Of a stretch of DNA of 64,000 nt, positions 30,280-41,078 are shown piece after piece; within the stretch, counting starts at the first letter, position 1, and the number at the start of each line of letters is the position of its first letter. The translations under genes and the position numbers were made by a program. This stretch comes from Puia sp. (lineage in GTDB: Bacteria; Bacteroidota; Bacteroidia; Chitinophagales; Chitinophagaceae), in contig DASYZH010000353.1 in assembly GCA_035946435.1 (NCBI GenBank), forward strand, positions 2,376 to 66,375, given 5' to 3'. The notes under the pieces were generated by a model. It searched no databases and was not told where the DNA came from. It saw nothing but the letters and a program-made list of their open reading frames with translations.

Positions 30280-31173
30280 ATGCCCCGGAACTCGCTCCTC
30301 CTGGTCCTTTCCCTCTTGATCATCCGACCATCCCTGGCCCGGACAACGAGCGATCCGCCACCCTCGAACCGCGCAGAAGCCCTCGAGCTCCTCGACCATA
30401 CCGCACTCCCCGATTCCAGCGCCTTCTGGCCCAACGTCCGGCTGACGCTCTTTATCGCCAACCTCAAAGCCAATATTATTTTTCCGCAAAAGATCTACCA
30501 GGGCGTCAACACCAATTTCTGCGGCTATGCAGCGCTGTCATACCTCCCCCTCAACTTCGACCCGCTGGCCTATACCAGGTTCATGCTCGCGCTATACAAA
30601 GACGGCGAGGCCACCTGGAACGGCATCCACTTCCAACCCTCCCCCGAGATCCACCAGGCCGCCGGCACACTCCGCTTTAAAGGCATCCTCGACATCCGCC
30701 CCGCGGACCAGATCTGGTTCCTCGTGCTGGCAGACCACTTTCGCTCCTATCTCAATTTCTTCAACCGTCGTTTTCACCCCGGCTCGGAAGATACCTTCTG
30801 GGCCGCCGTGAGCTATGGAAAGTTTAACCGGATGATCCGCCAACTATTCGGCTACAAGGTTGAATCGCAGGGCTCCGACCTCATCCGTCCCCATTTCGAT
30901 GATCTATATGATTACCTCAAGACAAACCTGGGAAGCCCCGGCACGACCTATCTGTACGTGAACAACACCTACCTGCACAAAAAGAACCACAATAAATTCA
31001 AAGGAAGCTTCCCTACCCATTTCATCGTCCTCGACGACATTCGCCGCATCCCGGGCGAAGAGGATAGGGTAGATATCATTTACTGGGACTACGGTGGCCG
31101 AACCCTCCGCCAGGTCAGCCTTCGTTTTCTGAAAAAGATCCTCTTCGGCGTCACCCACTGTACACACCCATGA
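30280..31173 (+). CDS. Hypothetical secreted protein, putative papain-like (clan CA) cysteine hydrolase
   Basis: N-terminal hydrophobic signal, QGVNTNFCG, THFIVL and YWDYG, in Gln/Cys-His-Asp order. Confidence 0.6.
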   Translation: MPRNSLLLVLSLLIIRPSLARTTSDPPPSNRAEALELLDHTALPDSSAFWPNVRLTLFIANLKANIIFPQKIYQGVNTNFCGYAALSYLPLNFDPLAYTRFMLALYKDGEATWNGIHFQPSPEIHQAAGTLRFKGILDIRPADQIWFLVLADHFRSYLNFFNRRFHPGSEDTFWAAVSYGKFNRMIRQLFGYKVESQGSDLIRPHFDDLYDYLKTNLGSPGTTYLYVNNTYLHKKNHNKFKGSFPTHFIVLDDIRRIPGEEDRVDIIYWDYGGRTLRQVSLRFLKKILFGVTHCTHP

Positions 31174-31766
31174 TGCGCACCCTGATATATTACCCACTGC
31201 TAATAGCGATCCTGCTCACTTCCTGCAGAACACTGAACATCGCCGGTTACTATCATCGCCATAGACAAAGTCTCGATAGCATGGAAACCACCTTCCGTAC
31301 CGCCTATCAGGAAAAACCCTTCTCCATCGAATTTACCAGCCGGAGCTTCAACCGCGTCTCGCTGGAACTCATCACCGATACCCTCACCTATATCTATGAA
31401 TACCAGGTGGGCGAACCACGACTGCAGGATACCTTGATAAAATTCGGTTATGACACCACCGCGATCAACTACCTCATCCGCGTCATGCAGACCCGCGAAT
31501 GTACCTGGATCGACAACCTCGACTACTACACGGATACGGCCAGACACTCCGTGGTCTATATCTCGCTCTGGCCCCGAAGATTCAATTTCGCCTTCGTCAA
31601 CAAAAAGTATTACATCCTCACCTATTTCCAGCGGCCGCAATACTTCGACAGCGAAGGCCGCCTGCTGGTAGGCCGCCGCCTTCGCCATATCCGCAAGATC
31701 AATGGGGACGTCTATCACCGGATCAACGATCGGGTATGCTACACCATCTCCGACCGCTTCCGCTAG
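31170..31766 (+). CDS. Hypothetical lipoprotein
   Basis: Lipobox LLTSC. Its start overlaps the upstream stop codon (ATGA). Confidence 0.7.
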   Translation: MMRTLIYYPLLIAILLTSCRTLNIAGYYHRHRQSLDSMETTFRTAYQEKPFSIEFTSRSFNRVSLELITDTLTYIYEYQVGEPRLQDTLIKFGYDTTAINYLIRVMQTRECTWIDNLDYYTDTARHSVVYISLWPRRFNFAFVNKKYYILTYFQRPQYFDSEGRLLVGRRLRHIRKINGDVYHRINDRVCYTISDRFR

Positions 31767-32446
31767 CTCCTCAGCTCAGCTAAGACGTTTATCGTCAACG
31801 CCACGATCACCGTGTTAAAAAGGAAAGATATCATTCCATGTACCAGGGCCACCCGCCGGATATGGCGCGAGGAGATCTCGATATCCGAGACCTGAAAGGT
31901 CATGCCGATCACAAACGAGAAATAGGCAAAATCCAGGTAATCCGGCCAGAGCTCATTGGGGATCTGCAATCCCACCGTGTGCAGGTCCGGGTCCAATGGA
32001 TGATCACCATAATACAACAAAGCATACCGGTAGGCAAACATGGTATGCAGCAGCACCCACGAACAGATCACACCCGCGATATAAATAAAGGTCTCCACCC
32101 CCTTCGACAGCTTCCAGGCCTCCTTATTCTGCAGCAAAAGCAGGACGCCCATGAGGCTGCCCAAAATGGCTACCAGCACGATAAAGAAAACCACGATCCG
32201 CCCGGCGTCTTCCTGTTTGGCCAATAACCTGATCTGGCGGGGCCGCATCGTGGAAAAGATCACCCCGCTGATGATGATCATGCAAACACTGAATACATCC
32301 CAGCCGATCATGATCCGCGTCATCCCCTCCATGGGAATAGGTAACAAACCCACGGAAATGATCGCCGCAATGACCACACTCATGAGTAACTTATAAATGG
32401 AAGGCAGCCGGTGAACCCAGGACGGACAATTTAGATATTCGGGCAT
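31763..32446 (-). CDS. DUF1345 family membrane protein
   Basis: [28 protein letters not shown] and [18 protein letters not shown]. Confidence 0.9.
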   Translation of the reverse strand: MPEYLNCPSWVHRLPSIYKLLMSVVIAAIISVGLLPIPMEGMTRIMIGWDVFSVCMIIISGVIFSTMRPRQIRLLAKQEDAGRIVVFFIVLVAILGSLMGVLLLLQNKEAWKLSKGVETFIYIAGVICSWVLLHTMFAYRYALLYYGDHPLDPDLHTVGLQIPNELWPDYLDFAYFSFVIGMTFQVSDIEISSRHIRRVALVHGMISFLFNTVIVALTINVLAELRS

Positions 32447-32486
32447 AAGCAAATTTAATAGTAAATTACTATCAAATTCCAGTGCT

Positions 32487-32993
32487 ATGGCTTCCTATTC
32501 TTTTACCCTCAACAACAAGTCGGTAACGGTAGATGCCGAACCGGACATGCCCCTGCTTTGGGTCATCCGGGACCTCATCGGGCTAAAAGGGACCAAGTTC
32601 GGCTGTGGCATCGCCCAATGCGGCGCCTGCACCGTTCATCTCGGCGGAGCCGCCGTCCGCTCCTGCGGCCTGCCCATCGCGGCGATCACGGGTCAAAAGA
32701 TCACCACCATCGAAGGCCTCAAAGGGGACATCAAAGGCGAGCTCGTTCAGCAGGCCTGGATCGAAGAATCGGTGCCCCAATGCGGCTATTGTCAGTCCGG
32801 CCAGATCATGAGCGCCGTGGCCCTGCTCCACCGCACGCCCAAGCCTACCGATGGAGACATCGATATTGCCATGCAGGGGAACATCTGCCGTTGCGGTTGC
32901 TATGACCGCATCCGTAAGGCCATCCACCGTGCTGCTTCGGCAGCAGGTCACACCGGCCCCGCCACACTCCATAAACCGCTCACCCATGCATAA
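32487..32993 (+). CDS. (2Fe-2S)-binding subunit, isoquinoline 1-oxidoreductase alpha-like
   Basis: [25 protein letters not shown] and NICRCG. Confidence 0.93.
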   Translation: MASYSFTLNNKSVTVDAEPDMPLLWVIRDLIGLKGTKFGCGIAQCGACTVHLGGAAVRSCGLPIAAITGQKITTIEGLKGDIKGELVQQAWIEESVPQCGYCQSGQIMSAVALLHRTPKPTDGDIDIAMQGNICRCGCYDRIRKAIHRAASAAGHTGPATLHKPLTHA

Positions 32994-35166
32994 AATAGCC
33001 CGCCGCGATTTCATCCGGCACACCGGGCTCTCGGGCCTGGCGCTCGTCCTGGGTGTAGCAGGTGCCAACGCCGCCAAACGCATCGCCAAACTGCCCGCCG
33101 GCCATCTTCCGCTCAACGGCGCCGGCAGCGAAAATGCCACCGGCATCACCCCCTATATTATAATTGAACCCACGGGGAAGATCACCATCATCAATCCCCG
33201 CACCGAAATAGGCCAGGGCACCTATCAGTCGATCCCCGCCCTCATCGCGGAAGAGCTCGAGGTCTCGCTCGACAATGTCACCATCCTCAACAGCTGGGGA
33301 CAGAAAAACATTCCCAGCCAGGACGTAGGAGGCAGCGACTCGGTAAAGGGCAGCTATATGCAACTTCGGAAAGTGGGTGCCACCGCCCGCGAGATGCTCC
33401 GCACGGCCGCCAGCCGCCAGTGGAACGTTCCCGTGGAAGAATGCATGGCCGAAAATGCATCCATCGTTCACAAGCCCACCGGTAAAAAGCTCGGCTATGG
33501 GGCACTGGTAGCCACCGCCACGACGCTCGCCGTCCCGGAAAACCCACCGCTAAAAGATCCGGCAGCTTTCAAGATCCTCGGCAAGTCCATGCCCCGGCTC
33601 GATATTCCCCTCAAAGTCACCGGTCGCGCCGTATACGGCATCGACATGGAAATCCCCGGCATGGTCTACGCTTCGGTGGAACACAGCCCGGTCTTCGGCA
33701 GCACGTTAGTGTCCTACGATGATTCCGCCACGATGAAGGTAAAAGGCGTCATCCGCACACTCAAAGCCGAGCGGGTGATCGGCAAGAACCACTACGAAGG
33801 GGTCGCGGTAATCGCGGACACGTATTGGTCTGCCCTCAAGGGCCGCAAAGCGCTCAACGTCACCTGGAACCACCAGGGCTTCGACACCCTTAACTCCACC
33901 ACCTTCGAACAGCAACTCCGGGACCTCGCCAAAACCGAAGGCCTCCCGGTCGAAGACAACCAGGGCGACTTCGACGCAGTCATGGCTTCCGCAACCCATC
34001 CCCTCGAGGCGCTTTATGAGACACCGGTCCTCGCACACGCACCCATGGAACCCATGAACTGTCTCGCTCACTGGCAGGACGGTGACAAGCTCGACCTGTG
34101 GACCTCCGTACAAGGCGCCGACATCATCATGGATGAGCTGCCCGGCGTACTGGACATCCCGCGCGAAAATATCACCCCCCATATTCAATTCGTAGGAGGT
34201 GGCTTCGGCAGACGCCTGCTGGCCGACTTCGCCGGCGAGGCCGCAAGGCTCTCCAAAGCGATGGGCAAACCCGTAAAGGTCGTATGGACACGCGAAGACG
34301 ATATCCAGCTCGGCCCCTTCCGCCCCATGACCTTCTCCGCGATGCGCGGCGCCGTCTCGGCAGATGGCAAGGCCCTCGCCATGCAGCACAAGGTCATCTC
34401 ACCCTGCATCGAAGCCACGCAGGACGCGAAATACGACCGGTCCAAACCCAGCGGCACGATGACGGAAGGGATCAACACACAGGCCTACGAGATCCCTAAT
34501 ACAAAGAATTCCTATGTCTTCGTCGATACGCATATTCCCATGCAATACTGGCGCTCGGTGACCAGTTCGACCCTGGCCTTCGCCCATGAATGCTTTATCG
34601 ATGAGCTGGCCGTCGCCGCGGGCAAAGATCCGCTCGAGTTCCGCCTCGGCATGCTCACCCAGGAGTCGGATACCAAACGCGTCCTTACCCGCCTCCGCGA
34701 GCTCTCAGGCTGGGACAAACCCCTGCCAAAAGGCTGGGGACGCGGGGTGGCACAATATGCGTTCTTCGCCGGCCTCGCCGCCAATGTCATCGAAGTCTCG
34801 ACAAAAGGCCAGGGCATCAAAATAGAAAAGGTGATCTCCGTGATCGACCTCGGAACCGTGGTCAACCCCGACACGGTAAAAGCCCAGGTAGAAGGCGCCA
34901 TCGTCATGGGGATCGTCGCCGCCACCAAGGACGGCATCCGCTTCGAGAATGGCCGGTCGCAACAATCCAACTTTCATAACTATCGCATGCTGCGCATCGA
35001 CGAGATGCCGGCCGTAGAAGTACATATCCTCGCCGAAGGCGGCCCGACGATCAAAGGCGTGGGTGAACCGGGTCTGCCACCCGTAGCCCCCGCCCTGGCG
35101 AATGCCATATTCGCAGCCACGGGCAAACGTATCCGCCGGCTGCCTTTCGACATCACTAAAGTCTAA
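32986..35166 (+). CDS. Molybdopterin-binding subunit, isoquinoline 1-oxidoreductase beta / xanthine dehydrogenase family
   Basis: The start was moved to ATG 32986 (MHKIARRDF, Tat-like). Motifs: [26 protein letters not shown] and GVGEPG. Confidence 0.92.
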   Translation: MHKIARRDFIRHTGLSGLALVLGVAGANAAKRIAKLPAGHLPLNGAGSENATGITPYIIIEPTGKITIINPRTEIGQGTYQSIPALIAEELEVSLDNVTILNSWGQKNIPSQDVGGSDSVKGSYMQLRKVGATAREMLRTAASRQWNVPVEECMAENASIVHKPTGKKLGYGALVATATTLAVPENPPLKDPAAFKILGKSMPRLDIPLKVTGRAVYGIDMEIPGMVYASVEHSPVFGSTLVSYDDSATMKVKGVIRTLKAERVIGKNHYEGVAVIADTYWSALKGRKALNVTWNHQGFDTLNSTTFEQQLRDLAKTEGLPVEDNQGDFDAVMASATHPLEALYETPVLAHAPMEPMNCLAHWQDGDKLDLWTSVQGADIIMDELPGVLDIPRENITPHIQFVGGGFGRRLLADFAGEAARLSKAMGKPVKVVWTREDDIQLGPFRPMTFSAMRGAVSADGKALAMQHKVISPCIEATQDAKYDRSKPSGTMTEGINTQAYEIPNTKNSYVFVDTHIPMQYWRSVTSSTLAFAHECFIDELAVAAGKDPLEFRLGMLTQESDTKRVLTRLRELSGWDKPLPKGWGRGVAQYAFFAGLAANVIEVSTKGQGIKIEKVISVIDLGTVVNPDTVKAQVEGAIVMGIVAATKDGIRFENGRSQQSNFHNYRMLRIDEMPAVEVHILAEGGPTIKGVGEPGLPPVAPALANAIFAATGKRIRRLPFDITKV

Positions 35167-35178
35167 ACAAAAACCATA

Positions 35179-36747
35179 ATGCACAGATCACTTCTCGCCG
35201 TACTCCTCTTATCCGGCTCCCGACTCGTAGCACAACCTTATAACCCTTCGATCGACATTCAGCATTATGATTTTTTATTAAATCTCAACGACAGCAATAA
35301 TACCATCCGTGGGGTAGCTACCGTCAACCTTGAATTCACCCAAACCGTTGACCAGTTTGCCCTCGACCTCACCAAAAAAACCGATGACGGCAAAGGCATG
35401 ACCGTCAGCTCCGTCTCCGAGAACGGGGACCAGGTCCCCTTCGTCCAGGACAGCCAAAAGCTCTTTATTCACAGCCGTGGCGCCGCAGGACAGAAACATA
35501 CCTACCTCATCGTCTATAGCGGTATTCCCGCCGACGGCCTCATCATTTCCAACAACAAATTCGGAAAACGCGGCTTCTTCGGCGACAACTGGCCGAACCG
35601 CGCGCACAACTGGCTGCCGTGCGTAGACCACCCCTCCGACAAAGCCACACTCGAATTCCGCATCATCGCCCCCGACCATTATACCGTTGTCGCGAATGGC
35701 GCCCTCGATAAAGAGACGCAGCTTTCAGGCCATCGCAAGATGACGATCTGGAAGGAATCCGAACCGCTCGCGCCCAAGATCATGGTCATTGGCGTCGCGG
35801 ATTTCGCCGTCGACCATCCCGGTGACGCCATGGGCGTGCCCGTTTGGAATTACGTCTACCAGCAAAACAAGGAGGAAGGCTTTAAAAGCTATGCTGTCGC
35901 CTTGCAGATCCTTCCTTTCTATATCTCGCACATCGGCCCCTACCCCTTCGAAAAAGAAGGCAATGTCCAGTCCAAGACCCGCTTCGGCGGCCTCGAGAAT
36001 GCCAGCGCCATCTTCTATTATGAGAATTCGGTAGAGTCCCCCGGCGTCGAATCGCTGATGGCCCACGAGATAGCCCACCAATGGTTCGGCGACGCCGCCA
36101 CGGAAACCGGGTGGAAACACCTTTGGCTCAGCGAAGGCTTCGCCACCTATATGACCCTCTGCTATCTGGAAAACAAATATGGAATCGATACACTCAAAGC
36201 CAGCCTCGTGCAGGACCGTAAAAAGGTGATCCAATTCGAAAAGACCAGGCTCACGCCCGTTGTCGATACATCGATCAGGCAGGATTACATGCAGCTCCTC
36301 AACCCCAACAGCTACGAAAAAGGCGGCTGGGTGCTCCATATGCTACGCCGCCGCATCGGTGATGAATTGTTCTGGAAAGGCATCTCGACCTATTATTCCA
36401 CGTATCGCAACGGCAATGCCTCCACGGACGATTTCAGGAAGATCATGGAACTGGTCAGCAACCAGCGGCTCGACACCTTCTTCCACCAGTGGCTCGAGGA
36501 GCCCGGCCACCCGCATGTGACCATCACCTGGAAATACGACCAGGATAAAAAGGTCGCCGCCATCGACATCACGCACACCGGCGACTTCCAGTTTCCGCTG
36601 GAATACGCCATCGACGGCACATTGTATCACGTCGCCATCAGGGACGCCGAGACCCACGTCGACCTCCCTCTGCCGGAAAAACCCAACACGCTCACCCCCG
36701 ATCCCAACGTCAACCTCCTGGCGGATTTCGAAGTCACGAGCCAGTAG
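35179..36747 (+). CDS. M1 family zinc aminopeptidase
   Basis: Signal peptide, GGLEN, HEIAHQWFG, WLSEGFATY and YEKGGWVLHMLR. Confidence 0.93.
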   Translation: MHRSLLAVLLLSGSRLVAQPYNPSIDIQHYDFLLNLNDSNNTIRGVATVNLEFTQTVDQFALDLTKKTDDGKGMTVSSVSENGDQVPFVQDSQKLFIHSRGAAGQKHTYLIVYSGIPADGLIISNNKFGKRGFFGDNWPNRAHNWLPCVDHPSDKATLEFRIIAPDHYTVVANGALDKETQLSGHRKMTIWKESEPLAPKIMVIGVADFAVDHPGDAMGVPVWNYVYQQNKEEGFKSYAVALQILPFYISHIGPYPFEKEGNVQSKTRFGGLENASAIFYYENSVESPGVESLMAHEIAHQWFGDAATETGWKHLWLSEGFATYMTLCYLENKYGIDTLKASLVQDRKKVIQFEKTRLTPVVDTSIRQDYMQLLNPNSYEKGGWVLHMLRRRIGDELFWKGISTYYSTYRNGNASTDDFRKIMELVSNQRLDTFFHQWLEEPGHPHVTITWKYDQDKKVAAIDITHTGDFQFPLEYAIDGTLYHVAIRDAETHVDLPLPEKPNTLTPDPNVNLLADFEVTSQ

Positions 36748-37804
36748 TGGACAACATATTCAGGCATGCTTTCATATACCCCAATGCATAGGCCATTCCA
36801 GCGTACCAGGGACCTTCGCAATTCATCTGCGGGGTATGATCGGGAATGAGCACACCGTCGAACTGCGATGCCTGCAATATCTTAAGCACAGCGATCATAT
36901 CGATGTCGCCCTCGTCAAGGAATACCTCTTTATAATGGGGGACCTTACCCTTTACATTCCGAAAGTGGACATATGCAATATCCCGGGCAAACTCCCGTGT
37001 TGCGGCATAAATGTCGCCTTCGGTCATTTCGGCGATCGACCCCAAACAGAACTCTAGCGTATTGGCGCGGCTGGGCCGCATGTCGAGCAACCGCCGGTAC
37101 AATTGCGGCTGGTAAACCAGGCGGGGAGTTCGCCGGATAAGCGGCATGGGCGGGTCGTCGGGATGTGCCGCCAGACGAACACCGGCTTCTTCCGCTACAG
37201 GAATCAATTCGTCGAGAAAATACTGTAGCCTGTTCCAAAGCTCACCGGACGAAATTTCAGGAAGATGACCGGTGGGAGCGTTCTCATCATAGATCATATT
37301 CCAGACCATCCCGTTGGGGATCGGCCGGTCGTCTACACCATTCATTCCCACCGATACTGCATTGCCCCGGGCAAAGGGTCCTGTGATGCGGCTGGAGACT
37401 CCCGCCAGGCTGAAATTGTAGCCGATGATCGGGATGCCGGCCTTACCGACGTTGCGGATCATTTCCTTGAGCCCTTCCGCCTGTTGGGCTTTCCGTGGGC
37501 CGTCGAGCAGGATATCGTACCAATGGGCGGGGTCGAAGTTCTCGATGGCTTCCAGTTCCAGGCCCGCATCGTTTATCTCTTTTTTGAGGGCGATGAGCTC
37601 TTGCGCGGTCCATAGGTTTTTTGCATCGCCCGCAATTCCCCAGCCTCCGTCGTCGCCAATGGGCTGGTTATTCCTATTCCCCTGGTTTCCCTTGTTGAAA
37701 TAGTCTACCAGGTGAACGACCAAATGAGTACAGCCGCATTGTTTTGCAAAGTCGAAATGTCTCCGGTCAAGCATGTGCCGGTATAGGCCCAATCCAAGTT
37801 TCAT
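36734..37804 (-). CDS. Mannonate dehydratase (UxuA)-like sugar-acid dehydratase
   Basis: LEAIEN, YNFS, HPDDPP, LEFCLGS, HFRNVKG, FLDEGDIDM and PDHTP. Confidence 0.8.
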   Translation of the reverse strand: MKLGLGLYRHMLDRRHFDFAKQCGCTHLVVHLVDYFNKGNQGNRNNQPIGDDGGWGIAGDAKNLWTAQELIALKKEINDAGLELEAIENFDPAHWYDILLDGPRKAQQAEGLKEMIRNVGKAGIPIIGYNFSLAGVSSRITGPFARGNAVSVGMNGVDDRPIPNGMVWNMIYDENAPTGHLPEISSGELWNRLQYFLDELIPVAEEAGVRLAAHPDDPPMPLIRRTPRLVYQPQLYRRLLDMRPSRANTLEFCLGSIAEMTEGDIYAATREFARDIAYVHFRNVKGKVPHYKEVFLDEGDIDMIAVLKILQASQFDGVLIPDHTPQMNCEGPWYAGMAYALGYMKACLNMLSTTGS

Positions 37805-37834
37805 TTTGAATGATTTATTTGCAAAAGAAGTCGA

Positions 37835-39049
37835 TCACAAAATGCCATATTTCTTGAAGGCAGCCGTGCTGGACATCCCGTTCTCTATTTCTTTCCGGAC
37901 CAGCTTTTCACCTCTTGCTTTTTCAAGGGCGCGAACGGTGACGGCTACTTCATGCTGCCGGGGTACGATAACCACCCCGTCCATATCGCCGAATACGAGG
38001 TCGCCCGGCATGATCGTGACGCCACCGATCTCGATGCGACAGCGATAGTCGACCACTTGCGTCCGAACGCCGGAGTCCTGGGCATAGCGGCCCCTGCTGA
38101 AAACGGGCCAGTTTTGTTCGAGCACCCGGGGAGTATCGCGATAATACCCGTTGATAACGGCGCCGGAGGCGCCGCGGATCCTGGCGGTAGCTGTAAGGAT
38201 CTCTCCCCAATAGGCGCAACGCATTTCCCCACCGGTGGCAATATATATTTCGTTCTTTTCGAGTTGGTCGAGCGCTTCCGTGAGTTTCCCGAACGGCGTT
38301 TGCTGAGGCCCGTATACGTCGATCATCAGGACAGGCATAGCTCTGCCGATAAGTTTGTCCTCGATACGGACCGGCTGGATGGGTTGGGGAAGAAATTGGT
38401 GATAACAACCCAATTCGTCGAGGATGTCACCAACCACCGGGGTATAGAGTTCGGATCTGTATAACGAGAATAACTCCTCATCGTCATTCCATGACGGCCG
38501 CTGAAGGTTTTTGTGTGTTGACGTTTCTATCATTTTTTTGGAATTATCGATTGACTTATAATTTTCAAGGCTGGTCCCGTTGCTTTCGACCGCACGCATT
38601 ATTTTTTGCCGCAGGTCCTCTTTTTCCGCCGGGGATAATTGCCGGAAGACGAAATCTCCCAGGTGGGTGTCATTGCGTTCGACGATGATGACCGAGGCCG
38701 TTTTGTCCATCGCGATATTGTGCCAGGTGCCGGCAGGGATATTATAGGTGATCCCGGGCCTCATCAGGATGCATTCGTAGTCGAGCTTCCCGTTTTCACC
38801 AGGCGCCCCCGATGAGTCGAGCTTCCCGTTTTCACCGGGCGCCCCCGAGGGATGGGCGGCGATGAGCACGGCCGATCCCCGAAGGAGGATAAACACCTCG
38901 TCGGTAAGCCGATGCATATCGATCTTGGCAATCCCCGCCAGGTCCTGTTCATCGAGGTGATTTAGCTGGGCCACCTGCCATCCCGCCCGGATCAAAAAGG
39001 GATCGTATCCGGGGCCGGCATGTTCGTATTTTTCGATTTTTGATTTCAC
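37835..39049 (-). CDS. Cupin domain fused in frame to an RraA/HMG-aldolase family domain
   Basis: Likely GTG start at 39049. Cupin motifs: [22 protein letters not shown]. RraA motifs: [37 protein letters not shown]. There is a possible second ATG at 38533. Confidence 0.75.
   Translation of the reverse strand: MKSKIEKYEHAGPGYDPFLIRAGWQVAQLNHLDEQDLAGIAKIDMHRLTDEVFILLRGSAVLIAAHPSGAPGENGKLDSSGAPGENGKLDYECILMRPGITYNIPAGTWHNIAMDKTASVIIVERNDTHLGDFVFRQLSPAEKEDLRQKIMRAVESNGTSLENYKSIDNSKKMIETSTHKNLQRPSWNDDEELFSLYRSELYTPVVGDILDELGCYHQFLPQPIQPVRIEDKLIGRAMPVLMIDVYGPQQTPFGKLTEALDQLEKNEIYIATGGEMRCAYWGEILTATARIRGASGAVINGYYRDTPRVLEQNWPVFSRGRYAQDSGVRTQVVDYRCRIEIGGVTIMPGDLVFGDMDGVVIVPRQHEVAVTVRALEKARGEKLVRKEIENGMSSTAAFKKYGIL
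38779..38848. repeat. In-frame tandem duplication, 36-bp period ([11 protein letters not shown] x2)
   Basis: AGTCGAGCTTCCCGTTTTCACC(A/G)GGCGCCCCCGA at 38779 and 38815, with one mismatch. Confidence 0.9.
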
Positions 39050-39053
39050 GGGC

Positions 39054-39848
39054 TTATTTTTTTGGTCGGGGATCATATGGGATCGTGGTTTCCTTGTAAC
39101 CGCCATCGACGTACAGCTCCGTGGCGGTGAAATAGGCCGCCTTGTCACTGGCGAGGAAGGCACAGGTCCAGGCGACATCCTCCACCCTGCCGACACGCCC
39201 CATGGGAATCCAGCCATTGAATTTATCGCGCCCAAAAGATTCAATTTCGTGCCGGTTCATCTCGGTCTCGATAGCGCCGGGCGAGACGGCGAGCACACGA
39301 ATATGATGTTCGGCCAGTTCCAGCGCGAGACACTTGGTCATCATATTCAGACCCGCTTTGGCGGAACAGTAGTGGATCAGCCCTTTGCGGGGGATCTTAT
39401 CATGGATGGAGGAGATGTTCAGGATCACGCCGGTGTTTCGCGGGATCATCCTCCTTGCTGCTTCCTGGGCACAAAAGAAGGCTCCCCGCAAATTTACATT
39501 TAAAACCCGGTCCCATGTTTCGGGATCGAGGTCTACCGCGTGTTCGACCGTTTCGCAGCCGGCATTATTAACCAGGATATCGATTGTGCCATGCGTATTG
39601 TCGAAATCGCGGAACATCGCCAGGACCTCCGGCTTATCTGAGATGTCCGCGGCGAAGGCATTTGCTCTGACCCCATAACGCGCGTTTAGCTCTTTGGCGA
39701 GATCAAGGGCGTTTTGCTGATCCTGGTAATGGTTGATCATCAAATTCGCGCCGCAGGCAGCCATGGCGTGAGCGATGCCCGCTCCGATCCCCCGGCTTGC
39801 TCCGGTGATCAGTACGTTCTTATTTTTGAGATCGATGGTATTTTCCAT
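39054..39848 (-). CDS. SDR oxidoreductase, glucose/aldose 1-dehydrogenase-like
   Basis: [27 protein letters not shown] and PGAIET. The HDKIP..HY pattern resembles Bacillus glucose 1-dehydrogenase. Confidence 0.85.
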   Translation of the reverse strand: MENTIDLKNKNVLITGASRGIGAGIAHAMAACGANLMINHYQDQQNALDLAKELNARYGVRANAFAADISDKPEVLAMFRDFDNTHGTIDILVNNAGCETVEHAVDLDPETWDRVLNVNLRGAFFCAQEAARRMIPRNTGVILNISSIHDKIPRKGLIHYCSAKAGLNMMTKCLALELAEHHIRVLAVSPGAIETEMNRHEIESFGRDKFNGWIPMGRVGRVEDVAWTCAFLASDKAAYFTATELYVDGGYKETTIPYDPRPKK

Positions 39849-39865
39849 AAACAAGGTGGTGTCGG

Positions 39866-41077
39866 TTATGCTTTCGTTGTGGTTTGATCAAGAAATCCCC
39901 GGACCCGGGCTTCATCCCAGCCGCAGACCTCCCTGAGTATTTCGGCGGTATGTTCACCAAGGAGGGGCGCAGGCCGGCGGACCCCCGCAGGGGTCTTACT
40001 GAACGATACTGGGATGCCGGTCGTCGCAACTTTACCGGCGGTAGGATGATCATAGTTTATGATCATTTCATTATGCAGCACCTGCGGGTCTACGACCATT
40101 TCCCTGAAGCTGTTGACCTGGGAGCACCAGATATCGTGCTGGAGCAGCAGGGCCAGCCATTCATCGGTGGTCCGGGTACGGAATACGGCTGCGAAGTCGG
40201 CGTAAATGGCGTCGCGGTCCTCGATGATATTGTTGCCGGCGTATTTTTCGGCGTCATATTTCGTGATGCCCATGATCCGGGCCAGCGCACGAACCGAATT
40301 CATGCCGATCGCGATGAAGCTGTCCCGGGTGGGATACAGGCCGTAGGGTGCGCCAAGCCATGGATTCGGGATACCGCTGCTGCTTCTCTCGGGGTTCTCG
40401 CCTTTGCAGAGATAGGCGGTGATCTCCTGGGTATGAAAGGCAATGATGGAGTTGAGGAGACAGGCGTCGATGCGCTGTCCCTGCCCCGTTTGTTCCCGGT
40501 AGTAAAGGGCTGCCAGTACGCTCTGCACGATAAACAGACTGGTAAGCAGGTCGGCCTGACCGACCGCAGTGACGACCGGCAGCTCGCCGCGCCGGCCGTT
40601 GAGATAGGCGCCGCCGGCGAGAGACTGCGCCAGCAGATCCTGACCCGGGCGTTTTTGGTAGGGGCCGTCGCTCCCATAGCCGGAACTGGCGCAATAGATG
40701 AGACCGGGATTGGAAAGTTTGAGCGTTTCGTAGCCGATCCCCAACCGATCCATGACCCCGGGCCGAAAATTCTCGATCAGGATATCGCACCGGGAGATGA
40801 TCGCCCGGGCGGCCTCCAGACCTTGTTCGGATTTCATGTCAAGGGCGATACTGCGTTTGTTGCGATTGAAACCCAAAAAGGATATGCTTTCGCCGGCCGG
40901 GTAGAGATTGCCGTAGGCATATTTCCGCATCCAGTCGCCGGCAGGCGGCTCGATCTTGACGATCTCGGCGCCCATATCGCCGAGCATCTGGGTTGCCCAG
41001 GGGCCCTGTACGAGTTGGGTGAAATCGGCTATGCGGACACCAGCCAATGGCCCCTTGTTGTTATTTTCTTTTTGCAT
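39866..41077 (-). CDS. Family III CoA-transferase (CaiB/BaiF)
   Basis: LAGVRIADFTQLVQGP, NRNKRSIALD, ENFRPGVMDRLG, GQDLLAQ and APLLGEHT. Confidence 0.93.
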   Translation of the reverse strand: MQKENNNKGPLAGVRIADFTQLVQGPWATQMLGDMGAEIVKIEPPAGDWMRKYAYGNLYPAGESISFLGFNRNKRSIALDMKSEQGLEAARAIISRCDILIENFRPGVMDRLGIGYETLKLSNPGLIYCASSGYGSDGPYQKRPGQDLLAQSLAGGAYLNGRRGELPVVTAVGQADLLTSLFIVQSVLAALYYREQTGQGQRIDACLLNSIIAFHTQEITAYLCKGENPERSSSGIPNPWLGAPYGLYPTRDSFIAIGMNSVRALARIMGITKYDAEKYAGNNIIEDRDAIYADFAAVFRTRTTDEWLALLLQHDIWCSQVNSFREMVVDPQVLHNEMIINYDHPTAGKVATTGIPVSFSKTPAGVRRPAPLLGEHTAEILREVCGWDEARVRGFLDQTTTKA

Positions 41078-41078
41078 A

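Noticed and set aside
27626-30319. 303-aa and 396-aa + strand ORFs
   Set aside because: They lie antisense to the well-supported FG-GAP lipoprotein and have shadow-type composition.
32851-32985. N-terminal extension of the Mo-subunit ORF
   Set aside because: It overlaps the 2Fe-2S gene. The Tat-like leader begins at ATG 32986.
36734-37804. Assigning the symbol uxuA with hexuronate function
   Set aside because: No uxaC, uxuB or kdgK context is present and the sequence looks divergent. The substrate is not established.
39050-39244. N-terminal extension of the cupin-RraA ORF
   Set aside because: It overlaps the SDR gene in another frame. The GTG at 39049 lies 4 bp after the SDR stop.
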